Of a DNA stretch of 50,082 nt, positions 46,169 through 50,082 are shown in pieces. The notes beneath the pieces were generated by a model. The model ran no database searches. It saw only the letters and a list, made by a program, of their open reading frames with translations, and was not told the DNA's origin. The position numbers and the translations under genes were made by a program. Positions within the stretch are counted from its first letter, which is position 1; each line of letters opens with the position of its first letter. Source of the DNA: Gaiellaceae bacterium (lineage in GTDB: Bacteria > Actinomycetota > Thermoleophilia > Gaiellales > Gaiellaceae); NCBI GenBank assembly GCA_050698135.1, contig JBOHBB010000166.1, positions 1 through 50,082 of the forward strand, read 5' to 3'.

Positions 46169-46822
46169 GTGGACGTCGTCGAGATCGCCCCGCGGCTGTG
46201 GAGGTGGACCGGCCGCCACGAGGAGTGGGAGGAGAACGTCGGCTCGATCTACTACGAGACGAGGGATGGCGTCGTCCTGATCGATCCGATCCTGCCGCCG
46301 GAGGACGCCGAGCGCTTCCTCGGCCAGCTCGATCGCGAGGTTGCCGGCCAGCAGGTCCACGTGCTCGTCACGGTGTTCTGGCACACGAGGAACGCGGCAG
46401 CGATGGTCGAGCGCTACGGGGCGCGGGTGTGGGCCCCCGCGAAGGGGAAGGCCGCGATCGCGCGGCGCGCAGGGGTGGTCACCGACCCGTTCCGCGCGGG
46501 CGCCGAGCTTCCCGGCGACCTGCAGGCCTTCCCGACCGCGCGCGCCTCGGAGGTCGTCTACTGGATCCCGCGGCACGGGTCGCTCGTCCCAGGGGACGTC
46601 CTCCTCGGCGAGGGGGCGAAAGGTGGAGGGACGCGGCGGGCCGGCCAGGGCGGCATCCGGATGTGCCCGGAGTCCTGGCTGCCGGAGGGCAAGGGCCACG
46701 CGGAGCTCGCAGCGTCGCTGCGCCCGCTGCTCGACCTGCCCGTCGACCGGATCCTCATGTCGCACGGGACGCCCGTTCTCGAGCGCGCGCGAGAAGCGCT
46801 GTCCCTAGCGCTGGACGCGTAA
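46169..46822 (+). CDS. MBL-fold-like protein with a degenerate metal motif (paralog of 15548..16159)
   Basis: VVLIDPILPPED..., HVLVTVFWHTRN, PESWLPEG and ILMSHGTP. It can be aligned by eye along its length with 15548..16159. Confidence 0.55.
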   Translation: MDVVEIAPRLWRWTGRHEEWEENVGSIYYETRDGVVLIDPILPPEDAERFLGQLDREVAGQQVHVLVTVFWHTRNAAAMVERYGARVWAPAKGKAAIARRAGVVTDPFRAGAELPGDLQAFPTARASEVVYWIPRHGSLVPGDVLLGEGAKGGGTRRAGQGGIRMCPESWLPEGKGHAELAASLRPLLDLPVDRILMSHGTPVLERAREALSLALDA

Positions 46823-46825
46823 GGC

Positions 46826-47380
46826 ATGCCCTGGCTCTGGATCCTCGTCGGGGCGCTCGTCATCCTCCTGCTCCTCGCCGCGTACGGGTACAACCGGCTC
46901 GTTCGGCTGCGCAACGAGGTGGGAACGGGCTGGGCGAACATCGACGTCCAGCTCCAGCGGCGCGCCGACCTGATCCCGAACCTCGTGGAGGCTGTGCGCG
47001 CGTACGCCGCCCACGAGCGCGGGGTCTTCGAGGAGGTCACGCGGGCTCGCGCCGCGCTTCAGCGGGCGACGTCGCCCGGATCGGCCGCCGCTGCCAACGA
47101 GGGGCTGACCGCGGCGCTCGGCGGCCTCTTCGCCGTCGCCGAGGCCTATCCCGAGCTCCGGGCGTCGGAGAACTTCCTGATCCTGCAGGACGACCTGACC
47201 GACACCGAGGACAAGATCAGCGCCGCACGCCGCTACTACAACTCGACGGTCATGCACTTCAACACCGCGGTGCAGAGCGTCCCCTGGATCGTCCTCGCGC
47301 GACCGCTCGGCTTCCGTGAGCGCGAGTTCTTCTCCGCCGACGGGGACACGGCGCCGCCCGAGGTGTCGTTCGCGTCGTGA
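46826..47380 (+). CDS. lemA: LemA-family membrane protein
   Basis: N-terminal TM, then YNRLVRLRNEV...WANIDVQLQRRADLIPNLVE...YPELRASENF...RRYYN. Confidence 0.9.
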   Translation: MPWLWILVGALVILLLLAAYGYNRLVRLRNEVGTGWANIDVQLQRRADLIPNLVEAVRAYAAHERGVFEEVTRARAALQRATSPGSAAAANEGLTAALGGLFAVAEAYPELRASENFLILQDDLTDTEDKISAARRYYNSTVMHFNTAVQSVPWIVLARPLGFREREFFSADGDTAPPEVSFAS

Positions 47381-48336
47381 CGCTGCAGCAGCAGATTCGC
47401 TCGAACCGGTTCCGGAGCACGATCGTCGTGGCCGGGTTCGCGCTCCTCCTCCTGCTCGTCGCAGGGCTGATCGGGCTCGCGTTCGACCTCTCGCTCGGCG
47501 CGCTCGCCCTCGGCGCCGCCGCCCTCTACGCGGTCTTCGCGCTCCTCCGCTCGAGCCGGATGATCTCCGGCTTCACGAAGGCCCACGAGATCGCTCCCGG
47601 CGAGCTCGCTCCACTCCGCCGGCTCGTCGAGAACGTGTCGATCGCGGCGGGGCTCCCCGTGACGCCGGAGGTGAGGGTCGTCGAGGACGCGGCGCCGAAC
47701 GCGTTCGCCGCCGGCCTGCGGCCCGAGTCGAGCTACGTCGGCGTCACGACCGGGTTGCTCCGGGTCATGCCGAAGCGCGAGCTCGAGGCGGTCCTCGCCC
47801 ACGAGGTCTCGCACATCAGGAACCGCGACACGTACCTCATGACGATGGCCACCGTCTTCGCCGGCGTCATCGCGCTCGTGGCCGACATCGGCTTTCGCAC
47901 GCTCGCCTACGGCGGACGTTCCCGGAAGGCGGGCGCGCTCGTGGCCGTGCTCGCCGTCGTCGGCCTGTTGCTCGCGCCCTATGCCGCGCTCCTCCTGCGC
48001 ATGAGCCTCTCCCGCCGGCGGGAGTTCCTGGCCGACGCGGGTGCCGCCGAGATCCTGAACGACCCGGAAGCGATGGCGCTCGCGCTCCGCCGCCTCGAGG
48101 TCGACACGACGACGATCCGGTACGCCGACGCGTCGACCGCGCACCTCTGGGTCGAGAGCCCGACGGAGCGCGTCGGCTCGGAAGGCGCCGGCATCCTCGA
48201 GTTCTCGAGCTGGTTCAACACGCATCCGCCGATGCGTTCGCGCATCGCCGCGCTCGAGGAGGCAGGCGGTTTTCGACTGCCCGAGCGGCTGCCCCGGGCG
48301 CAGGCGTTCGCCGAGGAGCTGCACGCCTCCGGCTGA
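47377..48336 (+). CDS. M48-family zinc metallopeptidase (HtpX-like)
   Basis: GTG 47377 overlaps the lemA stop by 4 nt. TM segments, HEVSHIRNRD (HExxH), REFLADAGAAE and THPPMRSRI. Confidence 0.85.
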   Translation: MTLQQQIRSNRFRSTIVVAGFALLLLLVAGLIGLAFDLSLGALALGAAALYAVFALLRSSRMISGFTKAHEIAPGELAPLRRLVENVSIAAGLPVTPEVRVVEDAAPNAFAAGLRPESSYVGVTTGLLRVMPKRELEAVLAHEVSHIRNRDTYLMTMATVFAGVIALVADIGFRTLAYGGRSRKAGALVAVLAVVGLLLAPYAALLLRMSLSRRREFLADAGAAEILNDPEAMALALRRLEVDTTTIRYADASTAHLWVESPTERVGSEGAGILEFSSWFNTHPPMRSRIAALEEAGGFRLPERLPRAQAFAEELHASG

Positions 48337-48389
48337 GATTCCGAAAGGGGGCTTCAGCTGGCTTCGTCTGCAGCCGAAACAGGTCGATA

Positions 48390-50082
48390 ATGGGCGTTGC
48401 CGTGAAGAGGCTTCGCATCGGGCGTCGTCGCGCGGGTGCCGAGCAACAGAGCTCACCGCTCGAGCTCGCGATCGCGCCTGCGCTCGTGGACGAGCGCTGG
48501 CGCGTGCCCGACCACTTCAACTTCACTCGAGACGTCGTCGAGGCCCTCGCGACGGACCCGAAGCGCCGAGCGCTCACGTTCTCGGGTCACGACGGGATCA
48601 TCGAGCCGCGCACCTTCCGCCAGCTGTCCGAATCGGCCGCGCACTGGGCATCGCTCCTCCGGGAGCGCGGTGTCGCTCCGGGCGACCGCGTCCTCGTCCT
48701 CGTGAGCGGGGGAGCGAGCTGGCTCGAGGTCATGCTCGGCTGCATCAAGGCCGGCGCCGTCACCGTGCCCTGCCGCCCAGGGTCGCCCGCGTCCGTGCTC
48801 GAGGCGCGCGTCGCGACGACTGGCGCCTCGCTGATCGTCGCCGACCACGTCTCGGACGCCGCGATCGCGCAGATGTCCTTCGCACCCGACGTCCAGCTCG
48901 TCGTGGACGCGGGGCAACCCAACGCGGCCGACGCGGCCGGTGTACCGACGCACGACACGTCGTCGCGCGACGTCGCCTTCGTCCTCTGGTCGTCGGAGAC
49001 CGCGAGCGGGCCGCGCGCCGTCGCGCACACGCACGGCGCCGCGTACGCCTCGCGCGTGCAGGCCGAGCACTGGCTCGACGCGGGCCGGGGAGACGCCGTC
49101 TGGTGCACTGCAGACACGGGCTCGGCACAAGCGATCTGGAGCGGGCTGATCGGGCCGTGGTCGCGCGGCGCCGAGATCGTCCACCACACGGGCGACTTCG
49201 ACGCCGCCGAGCAGCTCGACCTCATCCATCGGCTCGGCGTGACGATCCTCTGCCAGTCGCCGGCCGAGTACCGCGCACTCGCGGAGCTCCGCGAGCGTGA
49301 CCTCGAGCGCTTCCGCTCCCGCAACCTTCGTCGCCTCGTCTCGACGGGCGACTACCTCGAGCCGGATGTCGCCGCGCTCTTCGAGGAGGTGTGGGGCCTG
49401 AAGATCCACGACGGATACGGGCAGACGGAGACGAACGTCGTCGTCGCGAACGGCGGCACGCACATCCCCTTCAAGCCCGGCTCGCTCGGGCATCCTCTGC
49501 CCGGCCACCACGTCGCCGTCGTGGACGGCCAAGGGAACGAGCTGCCGCCGGGGATCGAGGGCGACCTCGCGGTTCGCGGCCGGCCCCCGACGCTCTTCGC
49601 CGGTTACTGGGACTCGCCCGACGAGACGAAGGGCGCCTTCAGCGGCGACTGGTACCTGACCGGCGACGTCGCCACCCGCGACGAGGAGGGCTACCTGTGG
49701 TTCGTCGGACGCGCGGCCGACGTGATCGCGAGTCGCGGCCGGACCTTCGGCCCCCACGAGGTGGAGGCCGTGCTCCGGGGTCACAACGCGGTGCGTCGCT
49801 CCGCCGTGGTCGGTATCCGCGACCTCGAGCGCGGCGGACAGTTCGTGCGCGCGTACGTCGTCCTCGAGCCGCGCTCCAAGCCTTCCGAGCAGCTCGGCGC
49901 CGAGCTCCGCCAGCACGTGGCCGACGCTCTCCCGGAGCAGCACGTGCCCCGAGAGATCGAGTTCGTCGACGACCTGCCGAGGACCGCCAGCGGGATGATC
50001 CGGCGCGACGAGCTCCGCGAGAGGCCGGCCTCCGGCAGGCCGCTGTGGGAGGCCGAGGCCCCCACGGGCGCGGCCGGCGCGG
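48390..50082 (+). CDS. ANL-superfamily adenylate-forming enzyme (acyl-CoA synthetase-like), open to the right edge
   Basis: Own translation; the frame is open to the window edge, so it is absent from the ORF track. Candidate ATG 48390 (or GTG 48402). HDGYGQTET, GDWYLTGDVATRDEEGYLWFVGRAADVI and IEFVDDLPRTASGMIRR. Confidence 0.8.
   Translation, partial: MGVAVKRLRIGRRRAGAEQQSSPLELAIAPALVDERWRVPDHFNFTRDVVEALATDPKRRALTFSGHDGIIEPRTFRQLSESAAHWASLLRERGVAPGDRVLVLVSGGASWLEVMLGCIKAGAVTVPCRPGSPASVLEARVATTGASLIVADHVSDAAIAQMSFAPDVQLVVDAGQPNAADAAGVPTHDTSSRDVAFVLWSSETASGPRAVAHTHGAAYASRVQAEHWLDAGRGDAVWCTADTGSAQAIWSGLIGPWSRGAEIVHHTGDFDAAEQLDLIHRLGVTILCQSPAEYRALAELRERDLERFRSRNLRRLVSTGDYLEPDVAALFEEVWGLKIHDGYGQTETNVVVANGGTHIPFKPGSLGHPLPGHHVAVVDGQGNELPPGIEGDLAVRGRPPTLFAGYWDSPDETKGAFSGDWYLTGDVATRDEEGYLWFVGRAADVIASRGRTFGPHEVEAVLRGHNAVRRSAVVGIRDLERGGQFVRAYVVLEPRSKPSEQLGAELRQHVADALPEQHVPREIEFVDDLPRTASGMIRRDELRERPASGRPLWEAEAPTGAAGA

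Overview
This is a very GC-rich chromosomal segment; 60-nt lines I hand-counted give 68-77% G+C outside one island. It looks actinobacterial: GTG/TTG starts, GGAGG-type ribosome-binding sites, 1-8 nt gene overlaps and a Mycobacterium-type CysO/CysM/Mec cysteine pathway. I can support 46 protein-coding genes or gene remnants. Two of them run off the window edges and are therefore missing from the ORF track: an Lhr helicase at the left and an ANL-family ligase at the right. I saw no rRNA, tRNA, CRISPR array, transposase or integrase.

The most interesting locus is a ~6.5 kb island at 29457-36033, lying between a principal-type sigma factor gene and the cysteine operon.
- It encodes a 1617-aa signal-peptide RHS/YD-repeat polymorphic toxin.
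- Its 176-aa C-terminal tip looks like an M23/LytM peptidoglycan peptidase.
- A membrane-anchored 194-aa ORF starts 20 nt after the RHS stop codon and is a candidate immunity protein.
- A TPR-like membrane protein lies upstream.
- The toxin tip and the downstream ORF have clearly atypical composition and codon usage compared with the RHS core and neighbouring genes.

Other notable content:
- A complete four-gene rhodanese-E1 / CysO / CysM / JAMM (Mec) operon, with an inverted E1 domain order and a CysO tail extending beyond the Gly-Gly.
- A CUT1-type sugar ABC transporter operon with galK.
- A run of peptidase genes (S41, PepT, M20).
- A stand-alone LanC-like gene.
- A cluster of secreted proteins of unknown function (CHRD, DUF1996 and a 714-aa protein with an Ig-like C-terminus).
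- Two genes that appear inactivated (a BNR/sialidase-like gene and the S41 peptidase), and a galK without a recognisable start codon.

All start codons were chosen by eye. All family calls come from motif recognition, not database searches. The many long R/A/G/P-rich ORFs antisense to these genes are treated as high-GC artefacts.
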